Assembly (NCBI GenBank): GCA_963749075.1
Contig: CAVVLJ010000016.1
Span: 96,001 to 160,000 of the forward strand
Length of the DNA stretch: 64,000 nucleotides
From: an uncultured Pseudomonadota bacterium
Lineage (GTDB): Bacteria > Pseudomonadota > Alphaproteobacteria > JACZXZ01
Direction of reading: 5' to 3'
In this document: in pieces, positions 32,382 to 41,951 of the stretch
Position numbering within the stretch: the stretch's first letter is position 1
Layout: each line of letters starts with the position of its first letter
The notes under the pieces: model-generated
Databases searched by the model: none
What the model saw: the letters and a program-made list of their open reading frames with translations, nothing else
What the model was told of the DNA's origin: nothing
Translations under genes and position numbers: made by a program

Positions 32382-32396
32382 GCAAGGAGCGTGCCA
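32382..32396 (-). promoter_or_regulatory. Sigma-54 (-24/-12) promoter
   Basis: Minus strand TGGCAC-GCTCC-TTGC, an exact TGGCAC-N5-TTGC match in an intergenic position. Confidence 0.65.
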
Positions 32397-32475
32397 ACCG
32401 CATAGCCGGCTTATGGGCGTCGCTGAGGGGCGCACGCTTTGCGTGCGGGGGTATGCCGGCTCATGAAAGGAGACT

Positions 32476-33732
32476 TCAGAACAGCCCCGCACCGGAGATG
32501 CCGCCATAGACGCCGAGGCCGGCGGTGAGCACCGAGACGGCAATCACGATCCAGCGGTAGAGGCCGCGCAGGCGGTGCGCTTCGGGGAGCGCGCGGATGG
32601 CCAGCAGGATGAGAAATCCGAGCACGAGCGGCAGCATCAGCGCGTTCATGACCTCGACGCCGATGTTGAGCGTGACGAGATTCGGCACGACCGCCACGGC
32701 GACGGCACCCCCCACCACCGCGGCGGTGAAGACGCCGTAGAACCAGGGCGCCTCCAACGGGTGGTGCTCAAGCGAGTGCTTGTAGCCTGCGACCTCGCCG
32801 AACCCCCAGGCCGAAGCGAGAGAAACGACGATGGCCGCGACCATCGCCGCGCCGATGGTTCCCAAGCCGAAGACCAGGCGGCCGATCCCCGGCCCCATGA
32901 AGGGCGTGAGGGCTTTTGCGATCTCGCCGATCGTCTCGAGGCTCGCATCCGAGTTGGCCTCGCCGATGGTGGCGGCTGCCGCCACCAGGATCGCCGCCAT
33001 GACGAGCTGCGTGATGACGGCGCCGAGCGCCGTGTCCCACCGGGCATCCCGGTAATGCTCGGGGCGCAGCTTCTTATCGGCGACCGCCGACTGCTGGTAG
33101 AAGATCATCCATGGCATGATGACGGCACCGATGTTGGCGGCGACAAGGTAGAGATAGTCCTTGTTCCCGAGCGGCATGTGCATGAGCCCCTGGGCCAGCT
33201 CGATGCCCTTCGGATGCGACGCGTAGGCGACCCAGAAGAAGGCGAACTCGAAGAGCCCCAGTGCTATGGCGACGCGCTCCACGCGGCGGTACGAGCCCGT
33301 CCAGACGACCGCCAAGAGGAAGCCCGCGGCTAAGACGAGGCTCACCACGCGCGGCACGCCGAAGAGCTCGCCGACGCCCGCGACGCCGGAGAATTCCGTT
33401 AGCAGCGCTCCGGCCGTGGCGACCCCCAGTCCCGCGACCGAGACCCAGGCCCAGCGCTTTCCGAAGACCTCGCGGATCAGCTCGCCATGTCCCTTGCCGG
33501 TGAAGATGCCGAGCCGCACGGTCAGCTCCTGCACCACGTAGAGAATGGGCATGAGCACGAATTGCAGCAGCAGGAGCCTGTAGCCCCATTGCACGCCGCT
33601 CTGCGCGGCGGTGATGATGCTGCCGACGTCGGTGTCCGCCAGCATCACGACGAGGCCGGGCCCGAGCACGGCAACGAATGCGCGCCAGCGCGCGGCGCGG
33701 AGCCGCCCGGCGTAGGGTACCTGGCTGCTCAT
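32476..33732 (-). CDS. NRAMP-family divalent metal transporter
   Basis: LGPGLVVMLADTDVGS, QELTVRLGIFTGKG, IGAVIMPWMIFYQQS. Confidence 0.92.
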   Translation of the reverse strand: MSSQVPYAGRLRAARWRAFVAVLGPGLVVMLADTDVGSIITAAQSGVQWGYRLLLLQFVLMPILYVVQELTVRLGIFTGKGHGELIREVFGKRWAWVSVAGLGVATAGALLTEFSGVAGVGELFGVPRVVSLVLAAGFLLAVVWTGSYRRVERVAIALGLFEFAFFWVAYASHPKGIELAQGLMHMPLGNKDYLYLVAANIGAVIMPWMIFYQQSAVADKKLRPEHYRDARWDTALGAVITQLVMAAILVAAAATIGEANSDASLETIGEIAKALTPFMGPGIGRLVFGLGTIGAAMVAAIVVSLASAWGFGEVAGYKHSLEHHPLEAPWFYGVFTAAVVGGAVAVAVVPNLVTLNIGVEVMNALMLPLVLGFLILLAIRALPEAHRLRGLYRWIVIAVSVLTAGLGVYGGISGAGLF

Positions 33733-34159
33733 TGACGGCGGTCCCAGCTCTCTCGTCGGAATAAGCAACTCGATGTCGTCGGCAATCTTGAGCGCCCCAC
33801 GTTGCCCCTCAAGCGTTGCCGCCCGGCGGCCCTAGCGGATTGATTTTTCGATGGAAATCAGCCAAGCGTTCGGTTCTCCCATGCGGTCGGAGTGTTACGC
33901 CAAATTCCGACGGGGCGTAAGCCCTGTTTCGAGAGCCTCGTCGAGGACCGCGATGGCTCGCGCTGGGGCCGCCGCAAGGTGCCGCTAACGGACTTGCGGG
34001 GAATTTCGCAGCTGCCTTAGCCGGGATACGACCGGGGATGCTGCCATTGGCCCTTTTCCAAGGACATGCCCAATGGGTCGTTTGGCCGGATCGGCGGATT
34101 GAATGTTGACCCCGATAGGAACAGACTTGCAGCGAAAGACAACTGCCGGGAGCCGTCGC

Positions 34160-35410
34160 ATGGCTAGCACCAAGCATCATCAAATCTTGATTGTTGGCGG
34201 GGGCACCGCCGGCGTAACGGTCGCGTCGAGTTTGCGCCGCCGCGGACCGGGGTCGCTGGACATCGCGATCGTCGAGCCGTCCGAGGCGCACTATTACCAG
34301 CCGTGCTTCACGCTTGTCGGCGCGGGCGCCTATGACATGGCCAAGACCCGGCGGTCGGAACGTAGCCTTGTCCCAGCCGGCGTGAGCTTGATCCAACAAG
34401 CCGCCAAAGCGTTTGACCCCGACAAGAACAGCTTAGCACTCGAAAGCGGCGACACGCTGACTTACGACTACCTCGTCGTCTGTACCGGCGTGAAGCTGGA
34501 CTGGGACAAGATCGAGGGCTTGTCCGCGACCCTTGGCAAGAACGGCGTGTGCAGCAACTATTCGCCTCTGTACGCGCCCTACACTTGGCAGTGCGTCCAG
34601 GGACTGAAGCCGGGCAGCCGCGCGATGTTCACGCAACCGCCGCTGCCGTTCAAATGTCCCGGCGCGCCGCAGAAAATCGCCTATCTGACCGCGGATCGTC
34701 TGCGACGCGCCGGCGCGTTGCAGGCGTGCGACCTGCAATACTTCGTGCATGCTCCCGTGGTGTTCGGCGTGCCGTTCTTCGCGCGTGAACTGATGAAAGT
34801 GATAACGCGCTACGGGATCAAGACGCATTTCCAGCAAAACCTGGTGGCGGTCGACGGCTCGGCGAAGAGCGCGACATTCGAGGCCGTGGGCGGCGACGAC
34901 AAGGGCAAGCGTACGACCGTCAATTTCGACATGCTGCACGTATCGCCGCCGCAAAGCCCGCACGATGCGATCACGAAAAGCCCTTTGGCGAACGCGGCCG
35001 GCTGGGTCGAGGTCAATCAGAACTCGATGCAGCATGTTCGCTACCCGAACGTCTTTTCGCTGGGCGACGTGTGCTCGACGCCGAATTCCAAGACCGCCGC
35101 GGCCGTGCGAAAGCAGTCGCCGATCGTCGTGCGCAACCTTTTGCACATGATCTCGGGGACGCCGGTGGAGGCGGGTTACGACGGATATGCTTCGTGCCCG
35201 CTCACCACCGCCTATGGCAAGACCATCCTGGCCGAATTCATTTATGGCGGCAAAGTCACGCCGACGTTGCCTCTCGATCCGGCAAAGGAGCGCTGGATCG
35301 GCTGGTGGATCAAGGTCACCGGACTGCCGATCTTCTACTGGAACTACATGCTCAAGGGCCACGAATGGTTCCTCAAGCACGACACGGCGTTCAAAGGCGA
35401 CGCCGCTTGA
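34160..35410 (+). CDS. sqr: Sulfide:quinone oxidoreductase (type II-like)
   Basis: IVGGGTAG FAD motif, HYYQP, KCPGAPQK and YDGYASCPL catalytic Cys motifs. Confidence 0.87.
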   Translation: MASTKHHQILIVGGGTAGVTVASSLRRRGPGSLDIAIVEPSEAHYYQPCFTLVGAGAYDMAKTRRSERSLVPAGVSLIQQAAKAFDPDKNSLALESGDTLTYDYLVVCTGVKLDWDKIEGLSATLGKNGVCSNYSPLYAPYTWQCVQGLKPGSRAMFTQPPLPFKCPGAPQKIAYLTADRLRRAGALQACDLQYFVHAPVVFGVPFFARELMKVITRYGIKTHFQQNLVAVDGSAKSATFEAVGGDDKGKRTTVNFDMLHVSPPQSPHDAITKSPLANAAGWVEVNQNSMQHVRYPNVFSLGDVCSTPNSKTAAAVRKQSPIVVRNLLHMISGTPVEAGYDGYASCPLTTAYGKTILAEFIYGGKVTPTLPLDPAKERWIGWWIKVTGLPIFYWNYMLKGHEWFLKHDTAFKGDAA

Positions 35411-35817
35411 GCCCACGATCCAAGCGCTGCCAAGCGGAACGGCGACGCCGGTCATCGAGGCCAATGGCATGGAGCCTGACGTGCCATTGCGAGGGCGCGC
35501 GCTACTTCGATCAAGGTGCCGGTCAATTCCCCGCACCCGCTTGAGTTCCGGATGCTCGGCAATCGAATGCCGGGTTCGGGTCGCTCCCGTTGGTCTCGCG
35601 ATTTCCGGGCTGCGGCCGCTTTGCCCTCGACAACCGCCGCGATGTTGCAGCGCCGCGAACGACGCGATGTGACAGAAGCTGACATCCGGCCGGTTGACCT
35701 GATGGCGATGCGTGCAGTCAATTCGTATTTTCGGGCGGTGCGGACTATCGAAGCGCGGGCAACAGGCGTTGGCCGTTTTTTGCGAACGGCCGAGGTGCCT
35801 CATTCCATCGCGCTCAG

Positions 35818-36763
35818 TTAACGCCAGTCGTCGAGGAGGTAGACCCCCGCGCGGCTGTACCCGACCTCGTTGGGCCGGTGCATCGCCACGCCTTGGATCG
35901 CGGCGCGGAACCCGCGTGCCACCATAAGACGATACGCTTCGTGGCGCGCCAGATTGATCCCGGCCAGCAGGTTCGGCATCCCCACCGTCACTGTCAGCGC
36001 GCCGCACGCATCGAGCAGGCGCGCGAAGCGCTCCTCGGCCGCGGCGCCCGGCCGCGCTGCGCCGAATTTGACATAGCAGCAGCCTTCGCCGGCTTCGCTT
36101 GCCGGCCCCCAGTGACAAATCGCAAAGCCGGCGAGCCGGCCGGCGCCATCGCGCAGCAATATCGTGTCGCCGAGGCCGCGCGCCGCGACGATACGGATTT
36201 CCGCGCCGAGGTCCAATCCCTCATAGATCTCGTCGGTCAGCTCGCGGCAGGCGATTTCGGCGGCTCGCCGCTCGCTCTCGGACAGATCCGAATAACGCGA
36301 CCAGGGCGTGGTCTGCTCACCGGGCTGGGCCGGCGCCGTCATGACCGCGGTCAGAAATCGGGCATGAAAGCCGTATTTCTGATAGAGCGCCACGTGCAGC
36401 GCGCTCTGCGCGAAGGTGAACAGTCCGGCATGGCGGATGCCCCATGCGTCGAAGCGCGCGGTGGCGGCCTCGACGAGGCTCTTGCCGATCCCGTGCGCCT
36501 GCCGGTCGGGGCGGACCGTGATCGGCCCGAAGAACCCGACGCTGCCCCAACGGGTCGCGAAATTGCTGCCAACCAGTTCGTCGTCGAGCTCCGCCCCGAA
36601 GCTGGCGACGTGCTCGGCCCCGAAGCGCCCATAGACATAATCACGGTCGGCCCAGAAATTCTCGGGATCGGGCGCACCCAAAAACGTGCCGAAAGGAGCT
36701 GCAAACGATGCGCCGAGCGACCGGCAGATCACGCTCGGTCAGCGGTCGAATGATGGCGTTCAT
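35818..36763 (-). CDS. GNAT-family acetyltransferase with a +1 frameshift near 36693
   Basis: GAGGAG RBS plus MNAIIRPLTERDLPVARRIV in one frame; FGTFLG...VRPDRQAHGIGK...YQKYGF in the next. Confidence 0.82.
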
Positions 36764-36917
36764 CTCCTCACCTTCCCGGCTTTACCCGACGTCCACGGAT
36801 TCCCGCGTGGTGAGGCGCGATTTTCTGCCTCTTTGACATCCGTGGCAACAAAGCTCAAGTGCGACGGGCGTAATAGACCACCTAAGCATCCGAAGCCGTC
36901 GTGCTTGAACGCAGTGC

Positions 36918-37040
36918 GAGAGCCGTTTTGGGTCATTCGCGTCGCTTGCGCGACTTCCACCAATTGTCCGGTCAGCGGCTGATTTCGAGCTTGCCGGTTT
37001 GCTGTCGGAGGCGTCCGCCCGCTACGACAAGGGCGCAGCC
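36918..37040. repeat. Degenerate non-coding repeat-like element at the right end of the accessory patch
   Basis: GCCGTTTTGGGTCATTCGCGTCG...TGTCCGGTCAGCGGCTGATTTCG...GCCGGTT resembles, from memory, interspersed repeats of soil alphaproteobacteria; only one full copy in the window. Confidence 0.35.
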
Positions 37041-37090
37041 GGCGGTCTTACCATTATCAAGCTCGGTTCTGTCCGGATTTGGCGACGCGC

Positions 37091-37327
37091 TCATGAGGCC
37101 GCGTCCCGCCCTCGCGGTGCTGCGCTCGTGGCCTCGAGCACGAAGACGCGGATGGCGCTCGAGAGGTTTCCGTTGCGGCCGCGGTCGATCTCGGCCACGA
37201 GCGCATTCAGCGAGAGGCCGCGCCGGGCGGCGATCTCCGCGAGTGCTGCCCAGAAGGCCGCCTCGAGCGAGACGCTGGTGCGGTGGCCCGCGATGGTGAC
37301 CGAGCGCTTGGCGCGCGCGGCAGTCAC
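37091..37327 (-). CDS. Ribbon-helix-helix domain protein
   Basis: [20 protein letters not shown]...[11 protein letters not shown]; GTGA overlap with fumC. Confidence 0.9.
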   Translation of the reverse strand: MTAARAKRSVTIAGHRTSVSLEAAFWAALAEIAARRGLSLNALVAEIDRGRNGNLSSAIRVFVLEATSAAPRGRDAAS

Positions 37328-38733
37328 CCGCGCGGCCCCAGCATGCCCGCAGGCTGCACCCAGCGATCGAAATCCTCCGCCGTGACGAAGCCGAGCTCGA
37401 GGGCCGCCGCCTTGAGCGTCTTTCCCTCGGCGTGCGCCTTCTTGGCCACCTTGGCGGCCTTGTCGTAGCCGATGTGGGGATTGAGCGCGGTCACCAGCAT
37501 GAGCGAGCGCTCGAGGAGCTCGGCGATGCGCGCCTCGTCCGCCGCGATGCCGGCGATGCAGTTGTCGGTGAAGCTCACCGCGGCGTCGGCCAGGAGCCGG
37601 ATGGATTGCAGGAGGTTGTAAATCATCACCGGCTTGAAGACGTTGAGCTCGAGATGGCCGCTGGCACCCGCGAACGAGATGGTGACGTGGTTGCCCATCA
37701 CCTGGGCCGCCACCATGGCGAGGGCCTCGCACTGGGTCGGGTTGACCTTGCCCGGCATGATCGAGGAGCCCGGCTCGTTCTCCGGCAGCCGCAGCTCGCC
37801 GAGGCCGCAGCGCGGCCCCGAGCCGAGCAACCTCAAGTCGTTGGCGATCTTCATGAGCGAGCAGGCGAGCACGTTGAGGGCACCCGACGCCTCGACGATG
37901 GCATCGTGCGCGGCGAGCGCCTCGAACTTGTTCTTGGCGCTCAAGAAGGGAAGCTTGGTGATGCGGGCGAGCTCCTGGGCGAAGCGCTTGTCGAAGCCCA
38001 TGAGCGCATTGAGCCCGGTGCCGACCGCAGTACCGCCCTGCGCCACCCGATAGAGCCGCGGCAGGCAGTCGCCGAGCCGCGCGATGCCGTTCTCGACCTG
38101 CGCCGCGTAGCCGGAGAACTCCTGCCCGAGGGTCAAGGGGGTGGCGTCCTGGAGGTGGGTGCGCCCGGTCTTGATGATGGAGGCGAAGGCCTTGGCCTTG
38201 GCCTCGAGTGCCGCGAGGAGGTGTGCCAGCGCGGGCACGAGGCGTTCGGCGATCTCGCGCGCGGCGGCGACGTTCATGGCGGTCGGAAAGCTGTCGTTGG
38301 AGGACTGGCACATATTGACGTGGTCGTTGGGGTGCACCGGGCTCTTGCTGCCGAGTGCAGCACCCAGGAGCTCGTTGGCGCGGTTGGCGATGACCTCGTT
38401 GGCGTTCATGTTGGTCTGGGTGCCCGAGCCGGTCTGCCAGACGACGAGGGGGAAGTGCTCGGCGAGCGTGCCGTCGATCACCTCGTCGGCCGCGCGCACG
38501 ATGGCGGCACCGAGCCGCTTGTCGAGCGCGCCGAGCGCCATGTTGGCAAGTGCCGCCGCCTTCTTCTGCAGGCCGAGCGCCGTCACGAGCGCGCCCGGCA
38601 TGCGCTCGCCGCCGATGCGGAAGTTCTCCAGGCTGCGCTCGGTCTGCGCCCCCCAATAGCGGTCCGCCGGCACCTCGATGGCGCCCATGGAATCCGTCTC
38701 GCTGCGCGTCTTGGCTTTCCCCGACTTGGCCAT
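37324..38733 (-). CDS. fumC: Class II fumarate hydratase
   Basis: [34 protein letters not shown]. Confidence 0.97.
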   Translation of the reverse strand: MAKSGKAKTRSETDSMGAIEVPADRYWGAQTERSLENFRIGGERMPGALVTALGLQKKAAALANMALGALDKRLGAAIVRAADEVIDGTLAEHFPLVVWQTGSGTQTNMNANEVIANRANELLGAALGSKSPVHPNDHVNMCQSSNDSFPTAMNVAAAREIAERLVPALAHLLAALEAKAKAFASIIKTGRTHLQDATPLTLGQEFSGYAAQVENGIARLGDCLPRLYRVAQGGTAVGTGLNALMGFDKRFAQELARITKLPFLSAKNKFEALAAHDAIVEASGALNVLACSLMKIANDLRLLGSGPRCGLGELRLPENEPGSSIMPGKVNPTQCEALAMVAAQVMGNHVTISFAGASGHLELNVFKPVMIYNLLQSIRLLADAAVSFTDNCIAGIAADEARIAELLERSLMLVTALNPHIGYDKAAKVAKKAHAEGKTLKAAALELGFVTAEDFDRWVQPAGMLGPRG

Positions 38734-38863
38734 GGCCGATGCTCCCGTCGCTGAGGTTTCGCCGGCCTTTTAGCATGGCCCGCCAGTGCCACCAATCAAG
38801 GCGATAGACGCGCGGGCGCGGCACCCGGTGACATCCGGCCATCGGGGTCGGGAGTCGGGCCGC

Positions 38864-39280
38864 TCAGAAGTCCGGCTTGAAACGGGCGCGGCGGCGCCCG
38901 CCGGCGTCAGCGCCTCGCCGCGGCTTCGCCGGCTTGGGCTTCTTCTTGGCGGTGACGCGCAGGCCCGCCGCGTGGGCTTCGCGCGCCCAGCGGCAGAGCG
39001 CCTTGCCGTCCTCGAGCAGGCCCGGCGGCGCCTCCCAATAGGGCAATGCGATCGTCTGGCCCTTGCGCCCCTCGTAGGTGATGGGGCCCAAGCCGCGCCG
39101 CTCGAAGGCGGCCTTGCTCTCCTCGTCCGCCTTGAGGAAGAGCGCGCCGTCGTAGACCAGCGCGAAGATGGTGCCCTCGAGATAGAGCCCGTGGCCGCCG
39201 AAGAGGCGCCGCGCCTCGACCGGGCCGAGCGGCAGCATGAGGGCCAAGAGGCGGCCTAAGAGCGGATCGGAGTGCTGAAT
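38864..39280 (-). CDS. TfoX/Sxy N-terminal domain protein (start uncertain)
   Basis: LGPVEARRLFGGHGLY...FALV...LFLK; possible starts are ATT 39280, TTG 39247 or ATG 39238. Confidence 0.85.
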   Translation of the reverse strand: MQHSDPLLGRLLALMLPLGPVEARRLFGGHGLYLEGTIFALVYDGALFLKADEESKAAFERRGLGPITYEGRKGQTIALPYWEAPPGLLEDGKALCRWAREAHAAGLRVTAKKKPKPAKPRRGADAGGRRRARFKPDF

Positions 39281-39308
39281 GGCGCGGGGCCTCGTGGACG
39301 GCGGGCGC

Positions 39309-40925
39309 TTAGCGCGCGTTGCCGAGGAAGAAGTCGTTGCCCTTGTCGTCGGTGACGATGAAGGCGGGGAAGTTCTCGACCTCGATGCCCCAGATCGCCT
39401 CCATGCCGAGCTCGGGATACTCGAGCAGCTCCACCTTGCGGATGCAGTCCTGCGCGAGGCGCGCGCCGGGGCCGCCGACCGAGCCGAGATAGAAACCGCC
39501 GTAGGACCTGCAGGCATCGACCACGGCGCGCGAGCGGTTGCCCTTGCCGACCGAGACGTAGCCGCCGCCGTTCTGCATGAGGAGCTCGACGTAGGAGTCC
39601 ATGCGCGAGGAGGTAGTCGGCCCGAAGGAGCCCGAGGCATAGCCCTTTGGGGTCTTGGCGGGTCCGGCATAGTAGATCATGCGATCCTTGATCGGCGCGG
39701 GAAGCCCGCCACCGCGCTCGATGCGCTCGGCGAGCCGCGCATGGGCGAGATCGCGTGCCACGACCATGGGGCCGGAGAGCTCGAGCCGCGTGCGCACCGG
39801 GTATTGGCCGAGCGTCCTGCGGACCTCGGCCATGGGCCGCGAGAGGTCGAGGTGCACCACCTCGCCGCCGATCTCGCCTGCGCCCGGCTCGGGGAGATAC
39901 TGGGCCGGGTTGCTCTCGAGCTCCTCGAGGAAGACGCCCTCGGCGGTGATCTTGCCGAGGGCCTGGCGGTCGGCGGCGCAGGAGACGCCGATGCCGATGG
40001 GAAGGCTCGCCCCGTGGCGCGGCAGGCGGACGACCCGCACGTCATGCACGAAATGTTTGCCGCCGAACTGGGCGCCGATGCCGAAGCCCTGCGCGAGGGC
40101 GCGGATCTCCTCCTCGAGGTCCAGGTCGCGGAAGGCGCGGCCCTGGGCGTTGCCGCTCGTCGGCAGGCCGTCGAGGTAGCGGCAGCTCGCGAGCTTGACG
40201 GTCTTGAGGTTGAGCTCGGCCGAGGTGCCGCCGATCACCACCGCCAGATGGTAGGGCGGGCAGGCGGCGGTGCCCAGCGACCGGAGCTTGCCCTCGAGCG
40301 ACTTCATCAGGGCGCCGCGCTTGAGCGCCGCCGGCGTCTCCTGGAAGAGGAAGCTCTTGTTGGCCGAGCCGCCGCCCTTGGCGATGAAGAGGAAGCGGTA
40401 CTCGTCGCCCTCGCGCGCGTAGATGTCGATCTGGGCCGGCAAGTTGCTCCCGGTGTTGGCCTCCTCGTACATGGAGAGCGGCGCCATCTGGCTGTAGCGC
40501 AGGTTGGTCTCGCGCCAGGTCTTGAAGACGCCGCGCGCGAGGGCCTCGCGGTCGCCGCCGCCGGTCAAGAGGCGCTCCCCCTTCTCGCCCATGATGATCG
40601 GCGTGCCGGTGTCCTGGCACATGGGCAGCACGCGCCCCGCCGCGATCACCGCGTTCTTCAGGAGGTCGTAGGCCACGAAGCGGTCGTTGTCCGAGGCCTC
40701 GGCGTCGTCGATGATCTTGCGCAGCTGCTGGAGATGGCTCGGCCGCAGCAGGTGCGAGATGTCATGGAAGGCCGTGGCGGCAAGATGGGTGAGCGCCTCG
40801 GGCGCCACCTTCACGAAGCACTCGCCCTCGAAGGAGGCCGTGCTCACATAGTCGCCGGCGAGCGTGCGGTAGGCGGTGGCATCCTCGCCGAGCGGGAAGA
40901 GCTCCTGATAGACGAACTCGCTCAT
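39309..40925 (-). CDS. fumA: Class I (Fe-S) fumarate hydratase
   Basis: [37 protein letters not shown]. Confidence 0.95.
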   Translation of the reverse strand: MSEFVYQELFPLGEDATAYRTLAGDYVSTASFEGECFVKVAPEALTHLAATAFHDISHLLRPSHLQQLRKIIDDAEASDNDRFVAYDLLKNAVIAAGRVLPMCQDTGTPIIMGEKGERLLTGGGDREALARGVFKTWRETNLRYSQMAPLSMYEEANTGSNLPAQIDIYAREGDEYRFLFIAKGGGSANKSFLFQETPAALKRGALMKSLEGKLRSLGTAACPPYHLAVVIGGTSAELNLKTVKLASCRYLDGLPTSGNAQGRAFRDLDLEEEIRALAQGFGIGAQFGGKHFVHDVRVVRLPRHGASLPIGIGVSCAADRQALGKITAEGVFLEELESNPAQYLPEPGAGEIGGEVVHLDLSRPMAEVRRTLGQYPVRTRLELSGPMVVARDLAHARLAERIERGGGLPAPIKDRMIYYAGPAKTPKGYASGSFGPTTSSRMDSYVELLMQNGGGYVSVGKGNRSRAVVDACRSYGGFYLGSVGGPGARLAQDCIRKVELLEYPELGMEAIWGIEVENFPAFIVTDDKGNDFFLGNAR

Positions 40926-40975
40926 ACAGCACTGCCTCGCCCGGATGGCGCCAGCCCCGCCCGAACGCGCCAATA

Positions 40976-41440
40976 TCACTTCTTGCGAAAGGCGTCGAGA
41001 GCCACCACCCGGGGCGCCTTGTCGGCCGCGTCCGCCTCCGGTGCGCCGACCGCAACCGGCGGCAGGACGCCCGCCGGCACCTCGCCCTTGAACTCCAGGA
41101 CGAAGCGCTCGGAGGGATCCTCGAAGGCGGTGAGGGCGGCGAAGGGGATGCGCAGGCGCTCGTGCACCTTGTTGAAGCTGAGCGTCACCTCGAAGGCCTC
41201 CTCGCTCACCTCGAGGCCCCAGAACTCGTGTTGCAGGACGATGGTCATGACCTGCGGGTACTGCACGCGCAGGTGCTTGGGCAGCACCACGCCCGGAGCC
41301 CCGGTGCGGAAGGTCAAGTAGAAGTGGTGGTTGTCCGGCAGGCCGTTCTTCGCCGCCTGGGCCAAGGATTGGCGCACGACGCCGCGCAAGGCGTCCTCGA
41401 CCAGCTTATCGTAACGGAACAGGCTCCTGCTCGTGGCCAT
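40976..41440 (-). CDS. sspB: ClpXP adaptor SspB (alphaproteobacterial type)
   Basis: [21 protein letters not shown]-terminal [10 protein letters not shown]; adjacent to ssrA. Confidence 0.93.
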   Translation of the reverse strand: MATSRSLFRYDKLVEDALRGVVRQSLAQAAKNGLPDNHHFYLTFRTGAPGVVLPKHLRVQYPQVMTIVLQHEFWGLEVSEEAFEVTLSFNKVHERLRIPFAALTAFEDPSERFVLEFKGEVPAGVLPPVAVGAPEADAADKAPRVVALDAFRKK

Positions 41441-41480
41441 GCGCTTCCCCCTGCTGCCAGGCGCCCTCTTGCTGGGGCAT

Positions 41481-41822
41481 GAAGTGGAGGGCTTCTGTTG
41501 CCAGGTGCCCTCCGGACCCCGCCCCGGCGTGCGACGGCCGAGGACTTGAGAGTTAGGCCAACCAGCCGCCCTTAGGCAGCGAGGCGAGCCTCCGCGTAGT
41601 TGTCGTTGGCAACTATGCTATGGCCCGATAACGGTGGAACCATGCCGGACGAAAATCGTACCTTTAGCCGCGCGTCGATCCTGTTTCGCCCCCTTGGGTT
41701 GCCGCCGTCCAGCCTCGGGACCGCGGGCAAGATCGGAATTGGTGGAGGCGCCGGGTACTGCCCCCGGGTCCGCATCGGTTATTCTGTACGACGTTTATCG
41801 CCATAGCCAGGTTGCCCCGGCA
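41481..41822 (-). ncRNA. ssrA: Circularly permuted two-piece tmRNA
   Basis: Acceptor piece ends CGCCTCCACCA (41740); 46-nt spacer; coding piece starts GGGGGCG (41693) with a G3:U pair; tag ANDNYAEARLAA* at 41610-41572. Outer ends are approximate. Confidence 0.95.
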
Positions 41823-41951
41823 CTGATGAATATAGGGATGGCGAGGGCAGTTGGAAAGCGCTTCCGGAAGCGCTCAGCCGTGCCCCCGCCGCCCGTCTGG
41901 ACAACGCCTTGTAGGTTGCTAGGATAGACCCACGAGATATTGGGGAGCACC

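Noticed and set aside
34038-34085. Partial resemblance to the M-box (ykoK) riboswitch (GCTGCC...CCAATGGGTC)
   Set aside because: It is on the wrong strand for the NRAMP gene and lacks the TAGGTGAGGC 5' element; kept only as an unexplained hairpin.
35516-35821. 101-aa ORF between sqr and the GNAT gene
   Set aside because: No clear RBS or recognisable motif, and it overlaps a repeat-like word; not supportable.
30912-37090. Prophage, IS or ICE as the explanation for the accessory patch
   Set aside because: No integrase, transposase, phage gene, tRNA target or flanking direct repeat could be found by eye.
41572-41927. Short ORFs over ssrA (e.g. 41572-41775 ending ANDNYAEARLAA)
   Set aside because: These are the tmRNA tag frame and its antisense, not independent genes.
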